64,000 nt of DNA. It comes from Macrostomum lignano. Taxonomy: Eukaryota. Below are positions 35,176-48,427 of the stretch, one piece after another (positions within the stretch are counted from its first letter, which is position 1; the number at the start of each line of letters is the position of its first letter). The notes under the pieces are model-generated. The model did not search any database and was not told the origin of the DNA. It saw nothing but the letters and a program-made list of their open reading frames with translations. The stretch covers positions 62,001 to 126,000 of the forward strand of contig NIVC01000300.1 of the NCBI GenBank assembly GCA_002269645.1. The letters are read 5' to 3'. A program made the translations under genes and the position numbers.

Positions 35176-37219
35176 AGCGATTACTGTTAGGTTAGTACTA
35201 CTCTTTGCATGAATCCTAATTGCAACTTTCAACCTTCTTCACAATTCTCTTAGAAATGAACAACAATCTGAGAACTAAATTTGTTTATATTCTATCAAAC
35301 AAGTGAGCACAGGTATTATACAAGTGCATGGGTTGGTCTTCCTATCCTACCTCCAACTTTGCTCTTACTTATACAGCCTTGATTGTGTATATTTATAACA
35401 AACATAGAATAGGCCCTATTTGAGAATATTTCACAAATTAAAACAAATATATAATTTTTGCGTGTTTTTAGAAATAAAGTTCCTAGAAAGTGATAATTGC
35501 TTCTAAATTAGTATAACTTTACTTAGGAGATTAGATAAATAGTTCAAATATAAAAAGGACAACCTTCAAGTCAAAGGCACTGGAAAAATTGTAAGATTAA
35601 TATCAATGAATCCCTTTTGGCAAAAAGCTAAAACACTATGAAGGTTCTTAGAAAAGTATCTAGAGCTAGATTTTTTAAATATGCCTAGTAGAATAAGACA
35701 ATATCTTTCAAAATTAACATTTGACCTATTTTCTTATAAGACAAGGCCACTCTTTTGGCTTTGCTAATCATTGAGAAATTTGTTAAACTTGGCATAGCAA
35801 TTTATAGTGATAGATAGTCAGTATACCTTAACCTTAGCATTCTTCTACTTGACTAGGCCTCTAAAGGTAAGAGTACATATATTGTATTGGGTAGTCTATC
35901 ATAAAACTGCTCCTAGTCAAACTGAATACAGTAGAATACTGTATTGAGTACTGTAGAATTGAGTACTGAAGAGTACTGTAGAATACTGTACTCTCTGTAC
36001 TAAATACAGAGAAAATAATAAATAATTTTAAAGAAGAACAAATTGGCAATAGTTGTTAAATAAAATAGATTTAGCTCCGCTAGCTCTTTAGTCTTTTCTA
36101 ATAATCAATATCACTCGTGTCAACTTCTACAGGGAGCCTTCTCAGCCTTAAAGGCAGAAGAATACTACGGGGGTAACTACCCATATACGCGTATTTTCCC
36201 ACCATGTAGCGTCCCGTGAAGAAGTATATTTTTGACCTGCTTTATTGTGACACGGTGATCCTAGCTGCGCTGCGCCAACTGCCCGCCCGGGTAAATCTCA
36301 AACACAGAAGTAAAAAAATTGACAAAAAATAAAAGTTCAGTGGCATGGAAAATAATGCTTTACATCTAAAGATAAAAGAATAATATAATAATTTTTCTAC
36401 TTAAAACCACAAGTAACCCTGAATTTCAAGAAAGAATGCTGTTTGTTTTTTCGAAGGGTATTTTGACAACGATTAATACCGAAGACAAACAGTTTGTTTA
36501 TTTAACTCACAAAATTGTAATTTTTGTTTTGTTAGAGTTATCTTTCTACTGGTTAGTAGTATTCATTAAAATCTTTTTTGTTTTTGAGTAACATTTTGTT
36601 ATAAATTGAAACTGTTTATAGTTACTAAATTTAACGTGCTATGAATCTGCCTGATTTATAAAATAAACGGAATACACGGTACTTAAACCATTTTTAATAT
36701 ATATCGAAAACACATACCGTTGACGGACTGATAACGGACGGAATTTATTATTGATGGCAAAGAAACGATTTCAACTGGGTTATTTATCTTTACTGAAATT
36801 TAATATGGCGATCGAAACCTGCAAATTGAAATTGCTAGAACTTGAAAATTCTTATAAATTTTCCTTTTGAACTTTTGATTAAGGTTCCCATCACCGATCA
36901 AATATATTGTCTGTAGAATTATTGTATATTCCCGATTTAATTTCTACTTTTAAATACGCAAGCAAAAACAGACCGAAACAGATACTTGAACTGCACTGGA
37001 CTTAGGAAGTGCAGACCATAAAAAATCAATGAAAAGCGTACAGCTACTGGCACTGGGAAAATGTAAAACAGTAAAAAACGAGCCAAAATGATGCTGGCAA
37101 AAAAAGAAAAAACAGAAAAACTTGCAGATTGGAAAATACTATGCAAAGCAGATATGGCACTGAAAACTATAGGAAAAATGGAAATGGCAAAGCAATACTA
37201 AAGCAAAACTGGGAACTAA

Positions 37220-37255
<36 letters not shown>

Positions 37256-37387
37256 TTGTCCTGTCCCTTTTCGCGGCTCCTGTACGTGCCTCCCATCAGT
37301 AGTATAAAGTAAAGTAACCACTTGACTACTCTATCCCCGTGGGAAAACCCAGAACCTTAAGTATCGACAGCTGGGTACAAAAAATTA

Positions 37388-37960
37388 CAAGGGGCGTCTC
37401 AAAAGTTCGTGCAATCGATCCATTTCTACCACAGACATCGCTCTAGTCGCTGCAGCTGTTACCACAGCTGTCCTGCGACCAGCAGCAGTCGTTTCCTGCG
37501 CACTTGAGCTATCTAGCTCGTATTTGCACCTTTCTCCTTTCTTAGCTCGCATTATTATAACCCCACCGCGATTGTCATCACCATTGCTTTCCCTCTTCGG
37601 CCGACGTCGCGGTTATGGGAGATGAACCGCAGGAAGAGCAGCGGTGGTAAATTAAATCTGAATGGCTGCGAGGAATGCCAGCTACACAAGTCACCTACAG
37701 CTTGTAGACGCGTACAGCAAGGATGAACTTTGCCAGCGCGATGTGTACAAGAGGTATGATCGCTTCAAGAGATGGCTGCACTTCGACTCTGAATGAGCCA
37801 AGATCTGGGAGACCCCGGAAAGTGCGGACCGAGAGCAGCATCAAACTCATCCGTGGTCTGCTGGAAATCGATCCGCGATGGACATGCAAAGAAATGGCGG
37901 AACTCAGTAAAGTTCCTTCATCCACCATCCACCAAACTCTCAAATGCATAGAGGACCTGT
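37388..37960 (+). mobile_element. Truncated second mariner-family element (left TIR + HTH remnant)
   Basis: TA|CAAGGGGCGTCTCAAAAGTT; NEPRSGRPRKVRTESSIKLIRGLLEIDPRWTCKEMAEL...STIHQTL. Confidence 0.7.
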
Positions 37961-40774
37961 AATGAACTTAACATACTCGTACAACGAATTACGCTGCTCC
38001 TTCGGATCTAGCATTAGATATGCTTCTTAATTAAAAAGGCTTTCTAAGGGGTCATTAAATACAATTAATTAATAAATTTTTCTGTGGATTACTGAGCGTT
38101 AGAGCTCAAGATATACTCATAAGATCAAAAGTGAATATCATTAGAAGTGAATCATCACAGATTTTCACACAAACATATACATAAACAAAACTGCTTACTT
38201 AAGTATGCTACTTGGCTATAAATGGTTAAAACCCAATATAATGAACTTAATAAGGTCTATACTTCTTTAGTAAAATCACAAGAACATGCAATGAAAAACT
38301 ACTCTTTGTTTAGTATTTTTCTACATAATTAGAAGATTTAGGAACATTTACATGCTTATGAGCTGAGTAAACTTACACCTTACAGGAAATTTTGTGCTTA
38401 TGAAAAAAGTCTAAATGTAACATCAATAGGCATAAGTAAGTAACAGTGCATTGACAGTCGCAGATAAAATGGAATAACAATATTTAAAATGTATCTGAAA
38501 GAATGAATCACTGAAGATCATAATGGTTGGCATTGTTTATCAGAAAACTTACACCTTACAGGAATTTTTTAACAGTAGACAAATATCATGCAATCGAGAC
38601 AGGGCCAAATAAGTTCATAAATATTGAAAACACAGCGGTAAAACATCCACAAGCTCACAGATGAAGGTTTTCCCCAATATTTTCAGTCATTTTCCCATAG
38701 ACAAATATATTACACGTGCACAAAAAACATTATGAAACAAAAAACGTACTTAAGATACAAGTCAGAAAAATACGTTTTTGGTCGCTATCGCCACAAAAAA
38801 ACATAAACTCTGACTAAAAGTTTAAAAAAATATTTTTTAATCAGTTTTTTATGAACGAAAGTTAAATTCATGTACAATTGCTTCTAATTTAACAATGAAA
38901 TTCCTGATGTAAGAAAAAATTTGTTTATAACTTACGTACATTTCAATCTGAGATTTACCCGCCCGCATATAGCGCGTGCACGATCATATTCTTAAATTAA
39001 AGCTAATTTAAAATCCCGCCTAAACTGACACGTTGTTAAAATGCTCGATCGAGCTACTTCAACATGTAGCTCATGCTGACGGACTATAAAAACAGTGCTG
39101 ACAAATTTCTAGTAGCATATCATCATACCAAAAAACAGCATATCAACTGCAAGCAAGCTTGAACTAATGATTAATACAGAGAAGATCAATGCATGTCGTC
39201 TACTTACACCGGCCGATATTCGGGGTGCAAAATTGATTTACGAGTCGTTCTCTGGTGCCTTACTCTACTTTCTTGCTCTCTATAATGTAGGTCTAGCGGT
39301 CTAAGGTTCTTACAGCTACTTCTTCTATCAGGCAGTCAGAGAACACCGTCTAAACTCACGGGATCTCTAGTATGTGGGCTGTCTCTTAATTAAGACAAAA
39401 AGTAGCTTGAAGACTAAGTGTTGCATTCTTGAATTAATTAAGAATGAGATTGATTGTCCAAGGCTCCTAACTGAGCCAAAATCAAAAACAAGTATCGCCC
39501 TCTGGCGCGCACCAGGTCTATTTATAGACTTATCAAAAATGGGGTGGCACAAAGAAAAGTCCACCGTCACACTAAGATTTGCGCCAACTGGATAATCCTG
39601 AGACCAATAAAAACAAGCGGGTTTCTAGATAAAGCATCGCAAAGTGCCACTCCAGTTTGAGGCGTCTGTTCGTTTGTTTTAGCAATGGCGGGGGTTAAGC
39701 AATATAAAAACCTGGACTCAGTCCCCTAGTTGTAAACTAAATTTAGTTAGTTCTACGAGCTAGTTATACGAGCTAGGGTTTCTAAGTGTTTGGGTTACAT
39801 TTAGAGATTATTCAGGGTTTTGAAAATCTTACATGTACATATGTGTTGCGTTGGACAAATTTTGGGATACATGTAGAATCAGATATTACAGAAAAAGCTT
39901 AGTTTTTCCTCTCTTAACTCTGTACATGGTTGATTACAGTCCGCTCTCTGATTACAGTTGTCAAGCTTCTTGGGGGTTGATTTCACATTCTTGAGCAGCT
40001 CCACCGGGATGGTTGAATAGGAGTCCGTGGGCGGGTCTGATTCTCCCCCTGTTTTCGCCAGATCTGCCGCGTGCCGCATGCCGACAAGGACCACTAGTAG
40101 TTACCGTTGTATCAACGGTACAACGATACAACGTGGTAACTTCTAGTGGTCCTTGCATGCCGATCGTTCTTTTCAACTTCGTTGCTGTCTACATGTAAGT
40201 CGGGCCTCTCCTCGGTTTGCTTCTCCCGGCCGGTTTGAGCACCCCGTGTGCCTGCCGCGGGGTGTTTTTTGCTATACGAGCATAATACTCACTAGAATTT
40301 AAAAAAAGCTTCATTAGATTTGCGCATTCACATTTGACTTGACAGTTGATTAATTATCTTAGTTTGGGACCCTGGGACAATAAAATAATAGCCGGGACGT
40401 AGTTAGTATAATACTGTACATCTAAATTCGTGTACATATATCTTACTAACGGCTTGTTGACGCCCTCATGTTTACAATTCCGTTGCAATCGCTACTTATA
40501 ATTTGTTACAATAAGTAGCTAGTACTGAGAAAAAGTACACATTTTCCAAAGCAAAGACGGGTGCAACTGCTTGTTCTTGTATTGTGCATACATTTACATG
40601 TGCTGTACAGTGTGGGTACATACATCACATGTCAAAAAGGAAACTTGACCTCAATTTAAACCTCCATTGACTAAGTAAGCCACTCTAATTGTCAGTCCGA
40701 TAAGCCGGAATGACATTGAGATTCGAAACTGCACAAAAGCTTAGTTACATGCATTGTAGATCGGCGGAGACCAG

Positions 40775-41025
<251 letters not shown>

Positions 41026-41300
41026 CTCGACTTTATAGATACTTGATCTGAAAAAACACGTTCACACATCGAAAGCCGTCATAAAGAACGACGAAATTTT
41101 CTTTTCGAGTATTTGAAAGCTGTACGCCATGCAAGTTTTATTGAACAGTAAGAGATGAAAGAAAATATCTACGATTATGGTTGAAAAGATTCAAATTTAC
41201 ATTAAATACACGCACAATAAAACAGGATCTTTTGAACATTGTACAATGTACCTACATGTAGCGACATCCAGATTACACAGATCACCTGCTGAACTCCTGT

Positions 41301-41987
41301 TCATTCGCAGCCGCGGTAGGGCTTCAGCCTCGTGTATGGCAAACATCTGTCGGAGCAGCACTCATTGTCGAATATGCAAAACTCCTTTGACTTCAGCTTC
41401 TTGCACTTGGGCACGCTGCTGCCGGCGTCTCTTCGACCAGTGCATCCTGAAGTGCTACCTGCAGGATAAAGAGTTCGGCTTGCACTACGATGTTCTGGCT
41501 GTCACTCCGATAATCACTCTGGCTGTCATTCTGATTGTCATTCTGGCTATCACTCTGGTTGTCACTCCGGCTATCAATCTGATTGTCACTCCGGCTAATC
41601 ACTCTGATTGTCAATCTGGCTATCAGTCTGATTGTCACTCCGGCTATCAGTCTGGTTGTCACTCCGGCTATCAGTCTGATTGTCACTCCGGCTATCACTC
41701 TGATTGTCAATCTGGCTATCAGTCTGGTTGTCACTCCGGCTATCAGTCTGATTGTCACTCCGGCTATCAGTCTGATTGTCACTCCGGCTATCAGTCTGAT
41801 TGTCACTCCGGCTATCACTGATTGTCACTCCGGCTATCACTCTTATTTTCTTGACCTCAAGTGTACAGCAATTAACTGAAAGATTAGTGTTCATAGAAAT
41901 CTTTAACTATTCCCACCTTAAGCCACCAGACTTACCAAGAAATGAAAGCACCAAGATTACCGCTACTAACAAGAAATCTGATTTCAT
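41301..41987 (-). CDS. Two-exon secreted inhibitor-cystine-knot-like peptide precursor (69 aa)
   Basis: Exon 1 41936-41987 (MKSDFLLVAVILVLSFL, G|GTAAGT). Exon 2 41301-41458 (CCTGCAG acceptor): GSTSGCTGRRDAGSSVPKCKKLKSKEFCIFDNECCSDRCLPYTRLKPYRGCE*. AATAAA at 41137-41142. Confidence 0.8.
41495..41845. repeat. 24-bp tandem repeat in the knottin intron
   Basis: CCGGCTATCAGTCTGATTGTCACT unit. Confidence 0.95.
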
Positions 41988-42624
41988 CTCGATCGAAGGA
42001 TGAAGGATGAAATATTCAGTAATTATGCGAAGTTCGACGTCTTTAGGGAATCAAGCCTTGTGTCAATAATCAATATTTACAAACTCGCGCCCCGGTTCGC
42101 TCGTCTTAACCCATAAAAGTCAAGTTTTACGATTCCAAACGTTTCAGTTCGCCTTGTTGCCTTTGACCGGCTGAGTGAGGCCATAGACAAGGACAAATGC
42201 TCTATCAACTCCAAGCGGTTCTGCAGCGCTAGGGTTGAAAGTGACTCGTCTGGTTGCCCGGAGAAACCGCGAGCTGTTCCCGAGTTCGCAGGCCTCATCA
42301 TTCACAGACGAATGGGTTTCACCGGAGGTGGAGCAGCCGATATTTGTTAAAGCCAGGCATTGGCAGCCAGAATGCTGCTCATTTAACTGTCTAGGCCACA
42401 AAAATGGCTAATTTAGCTTCGGGTGTTTTTCACGGAGTAAAAGGTGCCTCGTGTAGCCCGTGAGGCTCATGGTGGAAAGCCCGGATGTCTTCTGCTGAGA
42501 TACAACAGCACATTCCCGAGTCGCTTGGGATGGGAGGCAGTTCGTTGTATCCATCCGCCTCCTTTTATAGAGAGCGTCAGTCCAGGGAACCAGGGATCAA
42601 TTTAGAACCAGAAGGTAGACACGT

Positions 42625-43037
42625 CTCGAGTAAGTACAGTAAGCTCGAGTAAGTACAGTAAGCTCGAGTAAGTACAGTAAGCTCGAGTAAGTTCAGTAAG
42701 CTCGAGTAAGTAAGCTCGAGTAAGTACAGTAAGCTCGAGTAAGTACAGTAAGCTCGAGTAAGTTCAGTAAGCTCGAGTAAGTACAGTAAGCTCGAGTAAG
42801 TACAGTAAGCTCGAGTAAGTACAGTAAGCTCGAGTAAGTACAGTAAGCTCGAGTAAGTACAGTAAGCTCGAGTAAGTACAGTAAGCTCGAGTAAGTACAG
42901 TAAGCTCGAGTAAGTACAGTAAACTCGAGTAAGTACAGTAAGCTCGAGTAAGTACAGTAAGCTCGAGTAAGTACAGTAAGCTCGAGTAAGTACAGTAAGC
43001 TCGAGTAAGTACAGTAAACTCGAGTAAGTACAGTAAA
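42625..43037. repeat. 19-bp tandem repeat (CTCGAGTAAGTACAGTAAG), ~21 copies
   Basis: Seen directly. Confidence 0.95.
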
Positions 43038-43273
43038 GATTTATATAGAAACTAGTTTGACTTTGTTAATAGTATAAATTTTCAAGTATATACTTTGGAG
43101 CAATGCAAGTGAATTCAGTCAATCAGAATGCTTTGCTTTTATCACCGCGGCATGTCCGAGCACAGTTGCCAAGCATACAATGGGCTCGCACCTCGGCAAG
43201 CACAAGCTTCATCTGCATCAGTTCGAGTTGGACTTTGAAAAAACCCGCATCGGCCGCACTAAAAATACTCGTA

Positions 43274-43580
43274 ATGCAGCAAAGCCTTCACTGCCGTCTT
43301 GTCGCCATCATTGTTCCTGTGGCCCTGTTGGGTGCTGCGGTGAAGACCCCCGGCGGATCTGCTCAATTCACCGCCAACGTGACGGGCAGCGCTGTCGCTC
43401 TGACGAAGTTTCGCTCGCAGCCCGCACTCAGCGACAAACACTGCAGCTTTGTGTGCAGCCGCAGGCCGGACTGCTTCGGCTTCTACTGGCTGGTCGAGGC
43501 CTGTCGGCTGTTCGACTTTGTGGCGTTTTCCAATGCCAACGCCTAGGTCAGCACCGGCCTGTGCGACGTCTTTGTGCGCG
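43274..43580 (+). pseudogene. Signal peptide + PAN/apple domain exon with in-frame TAG at 43544-43546
   Basis: MQQSLHCRLVAIIVPVALLGA...HCSFVCSRRPDCFGFYWLVEACRLF...NANA*VSTGLCDVFVR, then a G|GTAAGT donor. Confidence 0.7.
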
Positions 43581-45958
43581 GTAAGTTCGCGCGAGCTGAA
43601 GAAAGTTGCTCCTTTTTTAGCTTTAGTCCTTTAGTCCTTTTAGTAGCTCCTTTGAAATTTTATTCTCGTATCGTATTTTTCCGAGAGGCCGCTTTGAGCA
43701 ATGGCATCGCTGTTGAAGATGAGGCGGTGACAGACAAAATGCTGGCCATTCTCGTCCCTATTGCAAAGAGGCTGCTGTAGTGAGTGAAACGAGGCTAGAC
43801 TGCTTGTTGTAGTCGATAGTTGCCGAAAGCTTGCAGGCGAGAATAATAGCGATCAGTATATTTATTGAATTATTGAGCTGAGTCAGAATGGTGGTTAAAG
43901 TCGCACCATGCACATTTGATATTGTACGCATAAGGGTTGAGCTAGCAGAGCCACGCGGCGCAGCCGCTAACAACCCCCCAACACACACGATAGTAGGCGC
44001 TGCCTACACTTCTCCCCCCCAAGGAATTAAAAAAACTTCGAACTAAAGAAAATTGACTGTTTACGAAGTACACCGCTTCAGCTTGAGTTATGCCGCTTCA
44101 GGAAATGCGGATCAGTTACTTAACTCGTATAACACTTCGGCGTGTCGCGGGCTGCTCTTGGATGCCGTCTCTGAGCCACAGACTCTGCTTCTTCACTAGC
44201 GGCCTGGCCGGCGGACTGGCCGGCGGACTGACCAGCTGACTGGCCGTCGGACTGGCTGGCGGACTGGCCGGCTGACTGGCCGGCTGACTGGCCGGCTGAC
44301 TGGCCGGCTGACTGGCCGGCTGACTGGCCGGCGGACTGGCCGGCGGACTGGCCGGCTAACTGGCCGGTGGACTGGCCGGCGGACTGGCCGGCTGACTGGC
44401 CGGTGGACTGGCCGGTGGACTGGCCCGCCGGTTCCATCAGAGGCCGCAGCTGGGTCACGTGCCGCATACAATACTGCTGGCCTCGCCGTAGGACGCAGGT
44501 GTCGCCTCGAACCTCCTGCACCGTCCATGGCTGAGTTTCGAATGGCAGCTGCGTTTTTTGCGTGCCTGCTGCTTGCGAAGAACACTCATGCCGGGAACGA
44601 TGCGGTGCTTCTTTGCGGCCGAGCGCCTGTCGAACGCACTCTTCATCTTTCACGGCTTCCTGGCTGACGTCAGATGACTTCGGCTGCCTGCTGGCTGGGA
44701 TTCCGTCGTTGATCGGCCTGCCCATGAAGAGCTCGGCCGGAGTCCGCCCAGTTGCTCGGTGAGGCGTTGTGCGGAACGCCAGAAGCCAGTCGTCCAGGGC
44801 CTCTCTCCAGTTCCGACCTTCAGCGACAGCAGTCTTCACGACCTTCCCGATGCTGCGGTTGACACGCTCGGTGGCTCCGTTGGACTCCGGATGCAGCGGA
44901 CAGATGAGCCGATGATGAACTCCGTATCCGCTGAGGAAGCTGCGAAAGTCGGCAGAGTTAAAGGGCGGTCCGTTGTCCGTGATGACCTCAGCAGGGATGC
45001 CGTGCCGACCGAACAGCCGTCTCAGATGCGGTGTCACGTTGCCGGCCGTCGTTGACTGCATGATGTCGACTTCCGGGTACTTGGAGCACAGGTCCGTGGT
45101 GACCAGCAGCATCTGACCTTGCACCGGGCCGTAGAAGTCCATGCCGAGCAGTTGCCAAGGTCCGCCCGGCATCTCCGTCGGCTTCAAAGGCGTCTGGTGC
45201 ACGTGCGTGGCCGCTGCTTGGCAACCGACACAGCACTTGACGAATACTTCGCAGTCGCTGCGCATCTTTGGCCACCAGACTTTGGTCTGCAGTCACTTCA
45301 GGGTTCTGTCCGCACCGAGATGTCCCGTATGGGCCAGCTGCAGTATCGGTCTCCGCAGCGACTCGGGGACAACGATGAGATCTCCGCGGAGCAGAATTCC
45401 GTCGCTCTCGGAAAGTTCGCTGCTGCTGGACTTGAGTGAGCGTTGCACCGGATCGAGCATGTTTCAGCTGCCGGTTTTGATCGCGCTGAGTGCAGCCTGG
45501 ATCTCCGTGTCAGTCCTTGAAGAGTCTCAGATCTGCTGAAGGCTGAATTCCTTTGGCACGGCACCTGCTGACACATCTGGCGTAGGCCACGGGTCTGCTG
45601 CTGCCGTCTGGCTGCTTCTGGGTGAGGATGGCGCCGAGACCGATGGAAGATGCGTCCACCAGAAGCTCCGTCTGCCGCTTGCGGTCGAAGAACGCCAGCG
45701 TGTCGGCTCCGGCGATGGCCTTCTTGATTGTGCTGAACGCCTCAGTGTGGCTGGCAGTCCATTCCCATGGCTGGCCCTTCTTGGTCAAATGGCGCAGCGG
45801 GGCTGACACGTCGGCGAATCTTGGGATGAATTTCGCCAGAAAGTTCGCGGTGCCGAGAAACGACCGAACTTCTGAGACATTGGCGGGCTGCCGGAAGTCT
45901 TGCATTGCGCGGATTTTCTCAGCAGCTGGTTGGATGCCTTTGGCTGACAGGTGCATCC

Positions 45959-48427
45959 TGTTGGGTATTGGGCTCAGTACCCTTATAACCTTATATCTAT
46001 GGTAGAAATATATGCGTGGGCTACAGCGCGGCACAGCCCTCTGGGCAAAGTTTAGGTTTGCGCGATATTGAGCCGCTCGGCTTCGTACACAACATGGCAT
46101 CGCAAGCAGCCAAGTGAAAAGCCCAAAAGTGCAAGATGGCACCCAAGATCGACGTCCGAAGTGCGCCGCACTTCGACATCGAGTCACAGAAGGAGCTATA
46201 CCCACATTGGAAGCTACTGTGGGAGGCCTTCGAGGAGCTCTCAGGACTCAACAGTCTGGACAACGAGGACGAGAAAAAGAAGTACCGTCTTTTCGCGCTA
46301 CGCCAATGCCTGAGCATGGAGACACTGCGCGTCGTGGACAGCTTGCCGCATCTGACCGAGGAGAACAAGAACGACGCCGGAGAGATCATCAAGGCCCTGG
46401 AGCTGTTCATCACGGGCCAGCGAAATGAAATATTCGAGCGCCGCGAGTTTTCGTTACGGAATCAGATGGAGGGCGAATCGTTCAGCGACTGGTACGTGGC
46501 AATAAAGGAAATGACATCGCGATGCAACTTTGAGCGCTGCTGTGGTATATGTGCGGAGTGCCAGATCAGAGACAGAATCGTCATGGGGCTTCGAGATCAC
46601 AGCACAGTGGAGAAGTTGCTGGAAGAAGGCAGCGAGCTGACACTAGAAAGAGCCAAGACGATTTGTGAGTCAATGGAAAGCTCCAAGAAGAATTGTGCCG
46701 CGATGAAGGGCGAGACGTCGACAATCTCTGCAGTTCGAAGAGTTTCGAGCTACAAGAAGGCCAAGCAAACTGCCGCCGCAGATGCCCGCCAGGCAGGTGG
46801 ACCCGCTCAACGAAGTCAGATAGTGGCGAAGCACCCAATCTGCAAATTCTGCGGATGTGAGCACGAACCCGGAAAGGAGAAATGTCCAGCCTGGGGGAAA
46901 TCGTGCACCAAGTGCGGTAAGGCTAACCATTTTGCTAAGCAATGCAGGAATGGAAAGCCACACAAGACAAGCGATAATATGAATTCGATTTTTGCTGCAA
47001 CGAAGACGGAGAATAGCGAAATCGCATCAAGCTGTGTGCGTTTGAGCGTCGACGGTCTTCTGCGTTTGGTGGTCAACACGCAGAAGACCGTCGTGCTATG
47101 CGTGCCGGACGACACCGAGGCTGCAATCTTCTGCCGAGGCGCTAACGGACAGGCGAGTGAGCTTCCAAGATGTCAGCAGTTCGTCTACCTCGGCGGTCTG
47201 GTTCCCGACGTCCGCGAGGATCTGCGGCGTCGCCGAGGACTTGCCTGGGCTGCCTTTCGTTCTATAAGGTCAGTCCTGCAGTCCGAGGCCCTACCGGACC
47301 GCCAGAGGGCGGCGCTGTTCCAGGCGGTGATCGAGACCGTCCTGTTATACAACGCCGAGACCTGGACGCTGACAGACTCGCTCGAGGCTCAAGTTGACGC
47401 GGCGCACGCTGGCCTGCTGCGCGCCGCCTTCAAGATCGGCAACGAGCGAGTCACCAACACGGCGCTCTATCATCGCGCCGGCCTGGCCCGTCCTAGCGAT
47501 CTGCTGCGCCGTCGGCGACTCCAGCTGGCAGGCCACGTCATCCGCGCCGAGGCCTACTGTCCGGAGCCGGTGCAGGAGGTGCTGCTACTTACGTTGCAGG
47601 CACCCTACCGGCGGGGACAGGCGAGGACTCGGCGCTACGTCGACTGTCTGCTGGCTGACGCCGGCGCCCCGGACTCTGCCGGCGGTGCGGCCTTTGTTCG
47701 CGCCCAAGCTTCGAAGCGAGCCATCTGACGCTGCTTTTGCGAACTGACAGCGTACTCTGTTGTTGTTGTTGTTGTTTGAGCGTCAAAACTGACGATGGAG
47801 TGAGGGTCATTCCCGCACTGCCAGACACGGGTGCGTTTATCAACGCGATCCCAGTAAAAATGTTGCGAACAATCGGCATCGAAGAAAGAAGTCTGTGCAA
47901 GTCCGACATTCGACCAAGCAGCCCATTAACTACCAAGACTGAAAATGCGAGACAGAGTTGCAGTGCAAGACGTCCAGACCAAGAAGTGGGATCGATACGG
48001 TGTGATCGTCGAAGCGATGAAAAACAATGACTTCCTGGTCAAACTGGCAAGCGGTAGAGTGCTGAGAAGAAATCGGAGATTGCTCAGAAGAAGACTACCG
48101 GTCCTGGCAGCTGAAGCACGACATCGTGATGCGACATCGTTGCACGCAAGACGGAATAGCAAGCCCAGAGAACCCGAGCCGCAAACGAGGTGGCCCATAC
48201 GAAACCGCCGACAACCTGTTCGGCTTCAGGTCAACCCCCAAATGAAGTCCTATGACTGAAGGACCCATTGTGTTTTGAATCAAAAGGGGAGATGTTGGGT
48301 ATTGGGCTCAGTACCTTTATAACCTTATCTTAACCTAGAAATATACGCGTGGGCTAAAGCGCGGCACAGCCCTCTGGGCAAAGTTTAGGTTTGCGCGATA
48401 TTGAGCCGCTCGGCTTCGTACACAACA
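45959..48427 (+). mobile_element. Nested non-autonomous LTR element (Mag-like gag, truncated protease, integrase C-tail)
   Basis: 135/136-bp TG..CA LTRs at 45959-46094 and 48293-48427; CATCC TSD; PBS TGGCATCGCAAGCAG; PPT AAAAGGGGAGA. Removing it rejoins host RT as EFLGM|HLSAKGI. Confidence 0.92.
47051..47774 (+). mobile_element. 5'-truncated RTE-like LINE fragment
   Basis: VNTQKT...FVYLG...VLLYNAETWTL...LQLAGHVIR; (TTG)n tail; 10-bp TSD TTTGAGCGTC at 47041-47050 and 47775-47784. Confidence 0.9.

Noticed and set aside
40240-40295. GC hairpin followed by CTAG (Helitron 3' end?)
   Set aside because: Spacing is too long, the next base is not T, and no 5' TC end was identified.
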